Assembly (NCBI GenBank): GCA_022778545.1
Contig: JALFDW010000014.1
Location: forward strand, 81,822 to 145,821
Length of the DNA: 64,000 nt
Direction of reading: 5' to 3'
DNA from: a bacterium
Lineage (GTDB): Bacteria > Bacillota > Clostridia > Christensenellales > CAG-138
The notes beneath the pieces were generated by a model. It did no database searches. It was given only the letters and a program-made list of their open reading frames with translations, and was not told the origin of the DNA. Shown here piece by piece: positions 18,174 through 28,000 of the stretch (position 1 is its first letter; every line of letters starts with the position of its first letter). The translations under genes and the position numbers were made by a program.

Positions 18174-19711
18174 CTGCGCGTATCTCCCCAGTATTTGCTT
18201 TCAAGGCTCCTGTATTGCACGGCTTCCGCCACATGGTGGGCGCGGATCGCCTCGCTTCCTTCCAGGTCGGCGATCGTGCGCGATACCTTGAGGATGCGCG
18301 TATAGGCGCGTGCGCTGAGCTTGAGTGAAGCGAACGCCTTGCGCAGCAGCGATTCCGCCTGCGCATCCAGCGCGCAATAGCGCGCAGTCATGCGGCTTGT
18401 AAGCTGCGCGTTGAAAAGGATCCCCTCCGTTTTATACCGTTCCGTCTGAATGCGCCTTGCTGCGTTCACCCGCTCTCGTACAACCTCGGAACGCTCTCCC
18501 GTGCTCCGCGCTGCGATATCGTCGTATCCGACCTCGCTCATTTCCACATGCAGATCCAGCCGGTCAAGCATCGGCCCGCTGATCCTTCCCAAATAGCGCG
18601 TGATCTGCTGCTGTGTGCAGCGGCACTGGGCAATGCGCGAGCCGTAGTTCCCGCATGGGCATGGGTTCATGGCCGCCACGAGCATAAAATCCGCCGGGTA
18701 AGTGGAACGCACCGCCGCACGGGCAATCGTTACACTGCCATCCTCCATCGGCTGGCGCAGCGCCTCAAGCGTATCTTTTCGGAATTCCGGGAACTCATCG
18801 AGGAACAGCACGCCGTAATGCGCAAGGCTGATCTCGCCCGGCATGGCGCGCTGGCCGCCGCCGATGAGCGATGCAGTAGATGCGGAATGATGCGGCGCGC
18901 GAAACGGTCGTTCGGAAACCATGCCGTCCGTGCCGTGCAGCGTCCCGGCAACGGAATGGATCTTCGTGATCTCAAGCGCTTCTTCAAACGTCAGTTCCGG
19001 CAGGATGGAAGGGATGCTCCGCGCAAGCATCGTCTTTCCGCTTCCGGGTGTGCCGACAAGCAGCAGGTTATGCCCGCCCGCAACGGCGATCTCCGCCGCG
19101 CGCTTGGCTCCCTGTTGCCCCTTGATATCCGCAAAATCCATAGGATAAGAGATATGCGCCCTGTCCCACTTGCGCGTGGGCACCGGCGTAAGCGCCGCCT
19201 TCCCGTTCAGGAAATCCACAACACTCCGCAGTGATTCTGCCGCGTACACGCTTACGCCTTCAATGTAGGAGGCCTCCGCCGCATTTTCCGCGGGCACGAT
19301 CACCTTGCGCACGCCCTGCCCGTATGCGCCGATCACCATGGGTAATATGCCTGCAACGCCGCGCACCGTCCCATCGAGCGCAAGCTCGCCCAGGAAAAGG
19401 TATTCATCCGCAAACGAGGTGTTGCTGATCTGCCCCGTTGCTGCCAGCAGCCCGATCGCTACCGGCAGGTCATACACCGAACCTTCCTTACGTAGATCCG
19501 CCGGCGCAAGGTTCACCGTGATGCGCTGCATTGGGAATTCCAGCCCGCTGTTGCGGATGGCGGCGCGCACGCGCTCCTTGGATTCGCGCACAGCGGCATC
19601 CGGAAGGCCGACGGTATCATATGCCGGGATCCCGGCTGAAATATAGACCTCCACCGATACCGCAAAACCGTCGATCCCCATCAGGCCATAGCTTTTGATT
19701 TTGGACAGCAT
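18170..19711 (-). CDS. YifB/ComM-family Mg-chelatase-like AAA+ ATPase
   Basis: MLSKIKSYGLMGIDGFAVSVEV...GTPGSGKTMLARSIPSILP...GVLFLDEFPEF. The start at 19711 follows a GGGGAGGGG RBS. Confidence 0.92.
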   Translation of the reverse strand: MLSKIKSYGLMGIDGFAVSVEVYISAGIPAYDTVGLPDAAVRESKERVRAAIRNSGLEFPMQRITVNLAPADLRKEGSVYDLPVAIGLLAATGQISNTSFADEYLFLGELALDGTVRGVAGILPMVIGAYGQGVRKVIVPAENAAEASYIEGVSVYAAESLRSVVDFLNGKAALTPVPTRKWDRAHISYPMDFADIKGQQGAKRAAEIAVAGGHNLLLVGTPGSGKTMLARSIPSILPELTFEEALEITKIHSVAGTLHGTDGMVSERPFRAPHHSASTASLIGGGQRAMPGEISLAHYGVLFLDEFPEFRKDTLEALRQPMEDGSVTIARAAVRSTYPADFMLVAAMNPCPCGNYGSRIAQCRCTQQQITRYLGRISGPMLDRLDLHVEMSEVGYDDIAARSTGERSEVVRERVNAARRIQTERYKTEGILFNAQLTSRMTARYCALDAQAESLLRKAFASLKLSARAYTRILKVSRTIADLEGSEAIRAHHVAEAVQYRSLESKYWGDTRR

Positions 19712-19769
19712 GCGTTCCCCTCCCCCATGTATAATTCTGCGATCCTGTCCGGCCTTATTCGAAATGCGC

Positions 19770-20234
19770 TCAGGGCGCTTCCGTTCCGTTTTCCTTCTCA
19801 GCCCGGAACACAAACAGCTTGCTGCCAATAAAGTTCACAAGCACAGCGCACGGCGTGGCAATGAGCTTTGCGACCGTATCCCCCTTCACAAAGCCGCCAA
19901 GCCAGGCGGGCACCCACCCCGCGACCCAAGCATCCGTAATGCCGAACGGATTGCGGCAGAGCCAGAGCACGCCGAGAGAAACGCCGAGCGAAACAAGGTT
20001 CACCACAAGAAAAGCCACAACTTCCCGCGCGCTGCGCCGGTGCTCTTTCCGGAACGTCCAGCGGCTGTTCCAGAAATAGCTGTTGAGGATGCCTGCGCAA
20101 TAGCCGATCACCTGCGCAAGATACATCCAGCTAAGCTTCAGGTTAAAAAGCTGGAACACGAGGAAATCCACCACCGTGTTCAGCACGCCCACCAGGGCGA
20201 ATTTCAAAAACTGGAAAATGCTTTCTTTTTTCAT
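19770..20234 (-). CDS. GtrA-family membrane protein (glycan/lipid-carrier translocation associated)
   Basis: FLKFALVGVLNTVVDFLVFQLF..., four predicted TM segments, directly downstream of a GT-C glycosyltransferase. Confidence 0.8.
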   Translation of the reverse strand: MKKESIFQFLKFALVGVLNTVVDFLVFQLFNLKLSWMYLAQVIGYCAGILNSYFWNSRWTFRKEHRRSAREVVAFLVVNLVSLGVSLGVLWLCRNPFGITDAWVAGWVPAWLGGFVKGDTVAKLIATPCAVLVNFIGSKLFVFRAEKENGTEAP

Positions 20235-20257
20235 TTAACTCTCCCTTACTTCCCCGT

Positions 20258-23200
20258 TTATATGCCCATGAACGTCCAGCTGGGCAGCCATTCAAGGAAG
20301 TGTACATAAGTGCGTGCACATTCCGCGCCGGAAATGACAGGATAGAACATCGCAAACAGAATGAGCGCAGCGGCCATCCAAACCCATTTGAGCTTCGCAA
20401 AACGCGCATCTTCCTCCTCTTTCTTCTGCAGCGCATATACCGCAATAAGCAGAATAAACGGTACGCTTGCGAAGAAATGGTAAATGAACGTGCAGCGCGA
20501 AATGAGGACCCACGGCAGGAAATTTGCGCCAAGCCCCACAAGCAGCACAAAGAGCGTCTTGTCTCCCCTGCGCTTGCCGCGCAGCAGCGAGTAGATGACC
20601 GCCAGCGTTGCCGCTGAGCACACCCACCACACGGCCGGGTTGCCCATAGCCGAAATGGTGGAGATGTTGCCGGGCGCTACATCATAGCCGACATAATACC
20701 ACATGGGCCTAATGATGAACGGCCACTGCCACCAGGGGGACTGGTACGCGTGCGTAGCCGTAAGGCCGCTGTGATACCCGAACATGAACTCCTGCACGCC
20801 CCAAACCTCCTTGAGGCCGTACTGATCCACACTGAGCACATAAGGCAGATAGGAAAGCAGGTAGATCACCACGGGGATCAGGATATAAAACAGGCAGCAC
20901 CACAGGCAGGAGAACAGCGCGTTCTTCCAGAACGGCTTTACAGCCTCCCGCAGCGCCTCGTTTTCACTGTTGCGGAAGCGGCGATATTCAAGATACCGCT
21001 GAACGAGCGATGTAAAGAAGATCACCGCAAGGCCCGCGCCTGCATAGAAGCAGATCCACTTGCTCGCCGCGCCAAGGCCGAAGAACACGCCAGCAAGCGC
21101 AAGCGGCTTCAACGTTTTTTTCAGGCCGTCGCTGAAGAAGTTCATCCTGTAATACTGGTACATGTAATAGTACATCAACAGGATGAAGAACACGCCGTAA
21201 ACGTCGATCGTCGCGATGCGCGTCTGCGTGAAGTGCATGAAGTCAAACGCAAACAGGAACGAAGCAAGCAGCGCATAATCGCTCTTTTTGAACAGGCGCT
21301 TTGCAAACACATACAGGATCGGTACCATGCCGATGCCAAAGAGCGTGCCGATGATGCGCCAGCCAAAGGCATTCATGCCGAAGATGGCGATTCCCAGCAT
21401 AATGAACACCTTGCCGAGCGGCGGATGCGAGTTTTCATACGGCGAAAGGCCATGGAGGTGCTCATAGGCCGTGCGCGCATGGTAAAGCTCATCAAAATAC
21501 ATGCCATTCAGATAAGAAGGCGTTTCCGGAACTTCATCCGGCTCATCCACAAGGAGTGCCGCATCCCCCTCTGCGAAAGCAGGGATATAGTTGCCCTCCG
21601 CATCAAAGAACGCGATCTCATTGAACCACACCGTTCCATTTGTCACAGAAAGGGTAATGCCCGATGTCGTGCATGGAACGCCGTTTGCAATCTCTTTCCA
21701 CCGGAACATATTCCCATCTTCTTCGGTATAGGAATACACCGTGCCGTCATCCGCCGTGAGCGAAATGCTTCCGGTATGGAAACCGCCAAACACACGGATC
21801 TCAGCCATATCGGCCGGTTGGCCGAATTCGATTCTCACCGTTTCGCCCGCCTGACCGTACCATGCGGTTTCCGGCGCGGTCGTCGTGCCAAGGTTGATGA
21901 GCGCCACGATCGCATAAACCGCGGTGAGTGCGATGCAATAGATCCTGTCGCGCTTTGTGAAGTGAAGTTTTGTGTCCTGCGGTTCCGGCAGCTTCGCCTG
22001 TGGTTCCGGCCTCCGCTGTGCTTTTTCAGAGAACGCAGGGTGCTTGCGCCGGCGGATCATGATATCAAAGCAGGTGTAGGCAAGGTAGGCAAAGCCGCCA
22101 AGGTTCAGGAAGGAGCCCACGACCGTCACGATGTCATACGTCAGCCTGCGCGCCTCCGGATGCGCCACAACGATAATTGCCATCAGGCAGTTGAGCAGCA
22201 GCGAACAGCAAAGCCACGCAAAGGAAACGAAAATCCGCCGGTCACGGTAGGCAATGAATGCGACGAGCAGCAGGAGCAGCGCCGGGAACAGATAGCGCTC
22301 GTGCATATACTGGCCGAACATGAAAAGCGACGCAAGGCAGAACGCGAGCGCGAGCGTCAAAGCATGCGGCTCCCGCTTGCGCCCTTTCAGATACAGGAAC
22401 GCCGAAAGCACAACCGACAGACAGATGAAGATCGTCCCCCAGGTTTTGTAGGAGAACAGGAACAGCGTATTATCCACGTTCACCCAGTTTCCGCCGAGGA
22501 GCGCAAACAGGTTGAACGCTTCGATGCTCGCATAGGGATACGAAGTCGCCGTGCCGAGGATCTTCTCCAAAAACCAGAGCGTCTCCTGCCCGCCGCGGAA
22601 CGGCAGCGAAAGCACGAACAGCGCCGCAACGGCGGAAGCGACCGCAGCTACAGTCCGAAGCAGTCCCTTCCACCCCGCATCCTTTACATACGCAAAATAT
22701 GCGACGGCAAAAAGCGGCCCCGCCATGAGCGCCTGGGGTTTCACAAGGATCGCGACCCCGTAAACGAGCCCGGCAAGGATCACTTTCTTTTGCAGGAACA
22801 GGAATATCACCGCGAGCAGCAGAAGCGTCAGGATCTGATCAATCTGCCCCCAGCCGCCGGAAATGAAAGCCATGACCGGATTAAATGCCACGAGCGCCGC
22901 AAGCACGAGCGGCAGGCACCCGTTTCCCTGAGCCTTTCCGGAGGCCGCCCACGGCCTTGCGGCCATTTTGTATACCAAATATGCCGCACCAAGATCCGCA
23001 AGGATGGAAGGCATCTTCGTAAGCAGCACATAACCGGCGCTGCCGTAACTGAGGCCGAGCCATTTTGCGATGCTGCCCGTCAGCCAGAGGACATACATGT
23101 ATCCCGGCGGATAATCCGCGAACATGCCCGAGGTATAAAACCGGCTGAGCCCACCGTTTGCAAGGGCGTTCGACCATGCCATAAAGCAGGAGATATCCGT

Positions 23201-24010
23201 GGGATGCCCATAGACCACAATGGACAGCAGGCAGCGCACAAGAAACGCTCCCACAAGGATGCCGCACAGCGCAAAGCGCTCATGCGCCGCCGTGCCAAGC
23301 AGCGTATCCGCCCGCATGATGTAACGGCAATAGAAGAACAGCATCAGGCATGCCGAAAGGAACAACGCCACGCAGGCCTCCGTAAGGTAAGGGATCTCCC
23401 CTGCCACCTGTTCGGTCTCCGTTTCGCTTTCAACGGAAGCCACGGAAAAATCCGCTGCGTCGCCCGAAAAATCCGCAAGATATTCAACAGACACATCATC
23501 AAACCAGGCGCCGCCTGCGGATTCCGCGCCATAGCCGCCGATGCGGAGGCAAACGGTCAGCTCTGTTTGTTTCTTAGCGGTCTTGCCGACAAGTTCCACA
23601 GTCTGCCAGTCGTTCGTCCCATAAACGCCGCTCGATGCAGCAAGCGAGCCCACAACGGAAATGTTGGCTCCTGCGCCGCCTTCCACGCCTTCCGTCCGCA
23701 CACGGCATGTAAGCCGGTAGTAGGACTTTGCCTTTACTTCAATCGTCTGGCAGAGGCGCACATCGTTACCGGCGCTCCAAAGGTACGCCGTGCCGCCGTC
23801 ATCCTCGGAGCGCATGGCATAGCCCATGGATGGATCTTCATTCCACGCCTCGTAGAACCACCCCTCCGGCAGCTCCGAGCCTTCGGAAGCCGTTTCGAAC
23901 CCGCTGTTTTCCGCCAGGTTTCCGTTCCCTTCCGCCAACGCCTGAGGCGCACACACAAAAAATGCAGCCGCAAGGATGCCGGCGAATAGCGTCAATACCT
24001 TTTGTTTCAT
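20258..24010 (-). CDS. Very large fused membrane glycosyltransferase: signal peptide, CBM4/9-like jelly-roll, first GT-C-like polytopic module, extracytoplasmic beta-sandwich, then a PMT/GT39-type GT-C module
   Basis: CBM-like region NLAENSGFE...NDWQTVEL...AWFDDVSVEYL. First polytopic block DISCFMAWSNA...FADYPPGYMYVLW. Beta-sandwich RIEFGQPADMAEIRVF...WFNEIAFFD. PMT-like block MYFDELYHARTAYEHLHGLSPYENSHPPLGKVFIMLGIAIFG. The start was set at 24010 (AGAGGGA RBS). Confidence 0.85.
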   Translation of the reverse strand: MKQKVLTLFAGILAAAFFVCAPQALAEGNGNLAENSGFETASEGSELPEGWFYEAWNEDPSMGYAMRSEDDGGTAYLWSAGNDVRLCQTIEVKAKSYYRLTCRVRTEGVEGGAGANISVVGSLAASSGVYGTNDWQTVELVGKTAKKQTELTVCLRIGGYGAESAGGAWFDDVSVEYLADFSGDAADFSVASVESETETEQVAGEIPYLTEACVALFLSACLMLFFYCRYIMRADTLLGTAAHERFALCGILVGAFLVRCLLSIVVYGHPTDISCFMAWSNALANGGLSRFYTSGMFADYPPGYMYVLWLTGSIAKWLGLSYGSAGYVLLTKMPSILADLGAAYLVYKMAARPWAASGKAQGNGCLPLVLAALVAFNPVMAFISGGWGQIDQILTLLLLAVIFLFLQKKVILAGLVYGVAILVKPQALMAGPLFAVAYFAYVKDAGWKGLLRTVAAVASAVAALFVLSLPFRGGQETLWFLEKILGTATSYPYASIEAFNLFALLGGNWVNVDNTLFLFSYKTWGTIFICLSVVLSAFLYLKGRKREPHALTLALAFCLASLFMFGQYMHERYLFPALLLLLVAFIAYRDRRIFVSFAWLCCSLLLNCLMAIIVVAHPEARRLTYDIVTVVGSFLNLGGFAYLAYTCFDIMIRRRKHPAFSEKAQRRPEPQAKLPEPQDTKLHFTKRDRIYCIALTAVYAIVALINLGTTTAPETAWYGQAGETVRIEFGQPADMAEIRVFGGFHTGSISLTADDGTVYSYTEEDGNMFRWKEIANGVPCTTSGITLSVTNGTVWFNEIAFFDAEGNYIPAFAEGDAALLVDEPDEVPETPSYLNGMYFDELYHARTAYEHLHGLSPYENSHPPLGKVFIMLGIAIFGMNAFGWRIIGTLFGIGMVPILYVFAKRLFKKSDYALLASFLFAFDFMHFTQTRIATIDVYGVFFILLMYYYMYQYYRMNFFSDGLKKTLKPLALAGVFFGLGAASKWICFYAGAGLAVIFFTSLVQRYLEYRRFRNSENEALREAVKPFWKNALFSCLWCCLFYILIPVVIYLLSYLPYVLSVDQYGLKEVWGVQEFMFGYHSGLTATHAYQSPWWQWPFIIRPMWYYVGYDVAPGNISTISAMGNPAVWWVCSAATLAVIYSLLRGKRRGDKTLFVLLVGLGANFLPWVLISRCTFIYHFFASVPFILLIAVYALQKKEEEDARFAKLKWVWMAAALILFAMFYPVISGAECARTYVHFLEWLPSWTFMGI

Positions 24011-24136
24011 AATCCCTCTATTGAGCAAGTTATTCCATGGTTATTCTTTATTAGGATACCACATTTTGCAGGTTTGCCCACCCTTTGCCACAAAAAATTC
24101 ATTTCCTGCGTGGCATCCCGCAAGAATGCGATATGT

Positions 24137-24487
24137 TCAGAGCGTAAAGGCACCCGGGATATGGGTCACAAAACCGGTCACAAGATCCACTTCCAGCACG
24201 TCAAAACGAACGCAGGCCTCCGCAAGGCTGTGCGCGGCGAGGTATACCTCTGCAGCCTTTATGATATTGCGCTGCTTTGCGGGCGTCACGGCCTCACGCC
24301 CCAGCCCGTAAGCGGAGGAAGCACGGGCCTTCACCTCCGCGAAAACGAGTGTCTCCCCGTCGCGCAGGATCAGATCCACCTCGCAGCGCAGCGCGCGGTA
24401 GTTTTTTGCAACGAGCGCATAGCCGCGCTTTTGCAGATAAGCAAGCGCGAGTGTTTCCCCGCGTGCGCCGCATTCCCGCCGGTTCAT
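24137..24487 (-). CDS. yraN: YraN-family (UPF0102) endonuclease-like protein
   Basis: GARGETLALAYLQKRGYALVAKNYR...EVDLILRDGETLVFAEVKAR. The ATG at 24487 overlaps the rnhB stop (ATGA). Confidence 0.85.
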   Translation of the reverse strand: MNRRECGARGETLALAYLQKRGYALVAKNYRALRCEVDLILRDGETLVFAEVKARASSAYGLGREAVTPAKQRNIIKAAEVYLAAHSLAEACVRFDVLEVDLVTGFVTHIPGAFTL

Positions 24488-25131
24488 GACTCCTCCAAAA
24501 TCTTTTTGACAAAACTCTGCCTGTGCAGCGGGCATGGGCCGAATTTTTTCAACGCAGCAATATGCTCCGCCGTGCCATAGCCCTTGTTTTTCGCAAAGCC
24601 ATATTGCGGATATACTTCATCCATGCGCCGCATATACGCATCCCGCTCCACCTTTGCCACGATGGAGGCAGCTGCAATGAGATAAGAAAGTGCGTCACCG
24701 TGGATCAGCGCATGCTGCTGCGCCGGAATGGCAAGCCCCTCTACGGCATCCACGAGCACATGCCCGCAGTCATGTTCCATGGCGCAATAGGCGCGCGCAA
24801 ACGCGTTTTTTGTGGCCGCGAGGATGTTGACCGCGTCGATTTCCCGCTCATCCGCCCAGCCTGTTCCGACGGCAAGCGCAGCCGCCCGGATGGCAGGAGC
24901 CAGCTTCTCGCGGCGCCCTTCCGATACTTTTTTAGAGTCGTTGACGTATTCGATCAGCGGCTCCGGCGGAAGAATGACGCATGCGGCAACGACCGGACCT
25001 GCCAATGGCCCGCGTCCGACCTCATCCATGCCGGCAGGTAAGCTCCCTTTTTCCCAGAAAGTGCGCTCCATTTGGGTCAGTTCCCGCAGGCGCTCCGCCT
25101 CATTCCGCCTGGCCATCGGGAGCCTCCTCAC
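24484..25131 (-). CDS. rnhB: Ribonuclease HII
   Basis: AGMDEVGRGPLAGPVVAACVIL...DSKK...GYGTAEH. The start is uncertain (25131, 25116 or 25071). Confidence 0.92.
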   Translation of the reverse strand: MRRLPMARRNEAERLRELTQMERTFWEKGSLPAGMDEVGRGPLAGPVVAACVILPPEPLIEYVNDSKKVSEGRREKLAPAIRAAALAVGTGWADEREIDAVNILAATKNAFARAYCAMEHDCGHVLVDAVEGLAIPAQQHALIHGDALSYLIAAASIVAKVERDAYMRRMDEVYPQYGFAKNKGYGTAEHIAALKKFGPCPLHRQSFVKKILEES

Positions 25132-25978
25132 AAGGCATGCGCGCGCTGTCGAGCGTTACACGCGCGATCTTGCCGGCGCGGTATTCATCCAGCACGATGC
25201 GCGCCGCACGCTCCGTATCAGCCTCGCCGCCGGAAAGCAGGAAGCCGCGGCTCCGGCTCACAGCAAGCAGGAGTTCTTCCCCGCTCATGCCGGGTTCGAT
25301 CTGCTTGTAGCGTGCAGCAAGCTCTGCCGGGCAAAGCACGGCAAGCTCTGCAAGCAGCGCGCCTGCGAGCCGCTCCACATCCATGATGTCATCCTTGATC
25401 GAACCAATAAACGCAAGGTGCCGCGCAAGGCCTTCATCCTCAAGTTTCGGCCAAAGCAGACCGGGAGTGTCCATCAGTTCAAGATACGGCGAGACCTTCA
25501 CCCACTGTTTTCCCTTTGTGACGCCGGGCTTGTCCCCCACCTGCGCACGGGAAGCGCCTGCAATGCGGTTGATGAACGTGGATTTTCCCACGTTCGGGAT
25601 GCCGACGACCATCGCGCGGATGACCTTGACGACACCTTTCTCCCGCATGCGCTTCACCTTTTCCGATGCGGCGTTTTCGATCAGCTCTACAGCTGCCTTC
25701 CGTTTTGCGGAGTTCGTTGCAACAAATTCAATCGCGCTGATGCCCTCCGCGCGGTAATGCTCCACCCATGCTTTTGTTTCCGCAGGGGATGCAAGGTCGC
25801 TTTTATTGAGCAGGATCACGCGCTGTTTCGCCGAAAACAGGTCGTCAAAATCCGGATTCCGCGTAGCGCGCGGTGCGCGCGCATCCACAAGTTCCACCAC
25901 CACGTCAATCAGCTTCAGGTTTTCAACGAGCATGCGGCGCGCTTTCGCCATATGCCCCGGATACCATTGTATGAGCAT
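25100..25978 (-). CDS. rbgA: Ribosome biogenesis GTPase A (YlqF/RbgA)
   Basis: IQWYPGHMAKARR...LNKSDLA...VVGIPNVGKSTFINR (circularly permuted GTPase). Confidence 0.93.
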   Translation of the reverse strand: MLIQWYPGHMAKARRMLVENLKLIDVVVELVDARAPRATRNPDFDDLFSAKQRVILLNKSDLASPAETKAWVEHYRAEGISAIEFVATNSAKRKAAVELIENAASEKVKRMREKGVVKVIRAMVVGIPNVGKSTFINRIAGASRAQVGDKPGVTKGKQWVKVSPYLELMDTPGLLWPKLEDEGLARHLAFIGSIKDDIMDVERLAGALLAELAVLCPAELAARYKQIEPGMSGEELLLAVSRSRGFLLSGGEADTERAARIVLDEYRAGKIARVTLDSARMPCEEAPDGQAE

Positions 25979-26035
25979 CTTTCCTCCGAAGAAATTAAAA
26001 TCGCTTTCATTATAGCATATTCCCGCAAAGAAGCA

Positions 26036-26071
26036 AAAGAGGCGTGCTGCCTCTCTGTGCTACGCCTCTTT
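26036..26071 (-). terminator. Terminator after the ABC-transporter trio
   Basis: A 9-bp stem (aaagaggcg / cgcctcttt) followed on the minus strand by TTTTGCTTCTTT. Confidence 0.45.
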
Positions 26072-26094
26072 TCTATTATCGTTATGAACCGTTT

Positions 26095-27990
26095 TTATCC
26101 AAACAGGCCCGCAAAGACGCGCCGGAACCATGCGCCGATGCGTTCAAAGAACCCTGTTTCCGTTTCCCCCTCCGTATCCGCAGGAGAAGGCGAAGGCTCT
26201 GCTGTGTCCGGCGTCGGAACGGGTTCGATGGGGAGTTCCTCCACGATTCCTTCCGTTGACAGCACGAACTGGACTGCGCCATCCTCCGGCTCCCGCGTTG
26301 CGGAAAACGCGCTGTAGGATTGCGAAAGATCGATCAGCGCATCCTTTCTTGAAAGGGAAACATCGATCACCGACGTTTCATCCACAAGGCGCTGCATGCC
26401 ATCATTGGCAAGCGAACGCAGTCCCCGGGCGATCTTTCCGATGCCGGCTGCAATGGAATCCGCACCGTCCGCAAGCGAAGCGCCATTCTCCTGCAAAGCC
26501 GCAGCCCCTTCCGAAAACGCGGCAAGCCCGCCTTTCAATTCTCGCAGACCGTCCGTAAGCGCGGAGATCCCGTTTGTGATTTCGGCGGAGCCATCCGCAA
26601 GCTGGTCTATGCCGCCCGCAAGCGCATCGAACTTGTAGATCAGCTCCTGTATGCTGCCGGAGCCCTGGATGATCCTCGCCACCATCGCAGCAATCTCTTC
26701 CTTTTGTTGCTCCGTAAGCTCCGGCGTGGGGACCGTTGCATTCGCAGGGATCACCGCATCCACGATTGTCTCGATCTCTTCCGGCGTCGCATCCGGCATA
26801 GCCGTCTCAAGCTGTGTGCGGAGGCGGTTGCGCATTCTTTCGTTCGACTCGTCCAGCGCACTTTGCGCGATGTCCACAGCGGCAGACACAAGGAACGCAT
26901 ACAGCGCTTCATCCACCGTGCCGCTTTCGATCGTATCCAGATATCCTTTGAGCCGGTCTATCTCCGATGCCAACGAAGCAAGGCCATCCGTAAGCTCCTG
27001 CGAACCGTCCGCTAGCTGGCCTGCGCCGCTGTAAAGGGCCGATACCCCCTCCGTAATCGCGCCCGCGCCGCCGAGCGCCTGCGCCAGCCCTTCCGCATAG
27101 GCACGCACGCCTTCCGCGTATATTTCCGCCGCGTCATCGAGCTTGCTGGCGCCCCTGTAGAGCTTGTTTGCCGCGTCGTTCAGCTCATCGAGGGCATCCA
27201 TCAGCGTTTCCACATCCTCGATGCCGGAAAGATCGTTCTGATCCACGATGCCCGTCATGCCGATAAACGTTCCACCGTCAAAACTGAAGTTATCCACCGT
27301 GGCTTCCAAGGTGAGCGTATCGCTGATCCTGCCGCCCTGCTCCATGCTGAGGCTTTCCGCAAGGCCGGGCAAAAGCGCGGAAAGCACCGTGATCCGCCCT
27401 GCCTGCACGGTGATCTTCGCGTTTTCCGCCGTTACAGAGGAAAGGCTTTCGTTAAGCGTCAACAGGCAAATCACGGAAAACGGCACATAGAGCTCCATTG
27501 CCTCCCCGTCCACATCCACAGTGCGTTTGAGATGATTTTCCGCAGTGATCTCGATCCTCACCTTGCCGCTTTTTCCCGCAAGCTCCTCCGGCGCAATCGC
27601 TTTCCCGTCAAGATAGTAATTAAGGTGCACGGAAAACGGCAGCTCCTCCGCATTCGCTGTGCCCTGGTAAGCAACGTCTTCACCCGCGGCGGCAAACGTC
27701 ACAGCGTCTCCGGAGATCACGGGCGGCTCATTGGTGGTGATCGCCTTGATGTCCGTAAGGCTTGTATGATCCGTAAGCGTCTCAAACTTTCCGACATTGG
27801 CGAGATAAACGCTTGAAACCACGCGTTCAACATTCCCGCTTGCATCCGCCGTAACGTAGACTGTCTCCCCGCGGGAGGAAGGGGTTGCACTCTCTTCCGC
27901 ATATGCAACGCTCATTGCGATAGAAACCAGCAGCGAAACGACAAATGCCGCTGCAAGGATCAGACAAAGGATTCTCGTTGACTTTCTCAT
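26095..27990 (-). CDS. Exported or membrane-anchored protein with an N-terminal beta-rich domain and long LxxG-type heptad repeats (YhgE/Pip/EsaA-like stalk), but without the usual C-terminal TM bundle
   Basis: N-terminal hydrophobic segment ILCLILAAAFVVSLLVSIAMSVAYA. Repeats such as GASKLDDAAEIYAEGVRAYAEGLAQALGGAGAITEGVSALYSGAGQLADGSQELTDGLASL and GGIDQLADGSAEITNGISALTDGLRELKGGLAAFSEGAAAL. It is the last gene of the operon with 28001-31214. Confidence 0.75.
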   Translation of the reverse strand: MRKSTRILCLILAAAFVVSLLVSIAMSVAYAEESATPSSRGETVYVTADASGNVERVVSSVYLANVGKFETLTDHTSLTDIKAITTNEPPVISGDAVTFAAAGEDVAYQGTANAEELPFSVHLNYYLDGKAIAPEELAGKSGKVRIEITAENHLKRTVDVDGEAMELYVPFSVICLLTLNESLSSVTAENAKITVQAGRITVLSALLPGLAESLSMEQGGRISDTLTLEATVDNFSFDGGTFIGMTGIVDQNDLSGIEDVETLMDALDELNDAANKLYRGASKLDDAAEIYAEGVRAYAEGLAQALGGAGAITEGVSALYSGAGQLADGSQELTDGLASLASEIDRLKGYLDTIESGTVDEALYAFLVSAAVDIAQSALDESNERMRNRLRTQLETAMPDATPEEIETIVDAVIPANATVPTPELTEQQKEEIAAMVARIIQGSGSIQELIYKFDALAGGIDQLADGSAEITNGISALTDGLRELKGGLAAFSEGAAALQENGASLADGADSIAAGIGKIARGLRSLANDGMQRLVDETSVIDVSLSRKDALIDLSQSYSAFSATREPEDGAVQFVLSTEGIVEELPIEPVPTPDTAEPSPSPADTEGETETGFFERIGAWFRRVFAGLFG

Positions 27991-28000
27991 TCTTTTCTCC

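Noticed and set aside
18170-19828. Long N-terminal extensions offered by the track for comM, iadA, trmFO, the COG2509 oxidoreductase, ilvE, gerAB, spoIIAA and others.
   Set aside because: The upstream in-frame codons lack an RBS and overlap the preceding gene. Internal starts with good RBS spacing reproduce the canonical N-termini.
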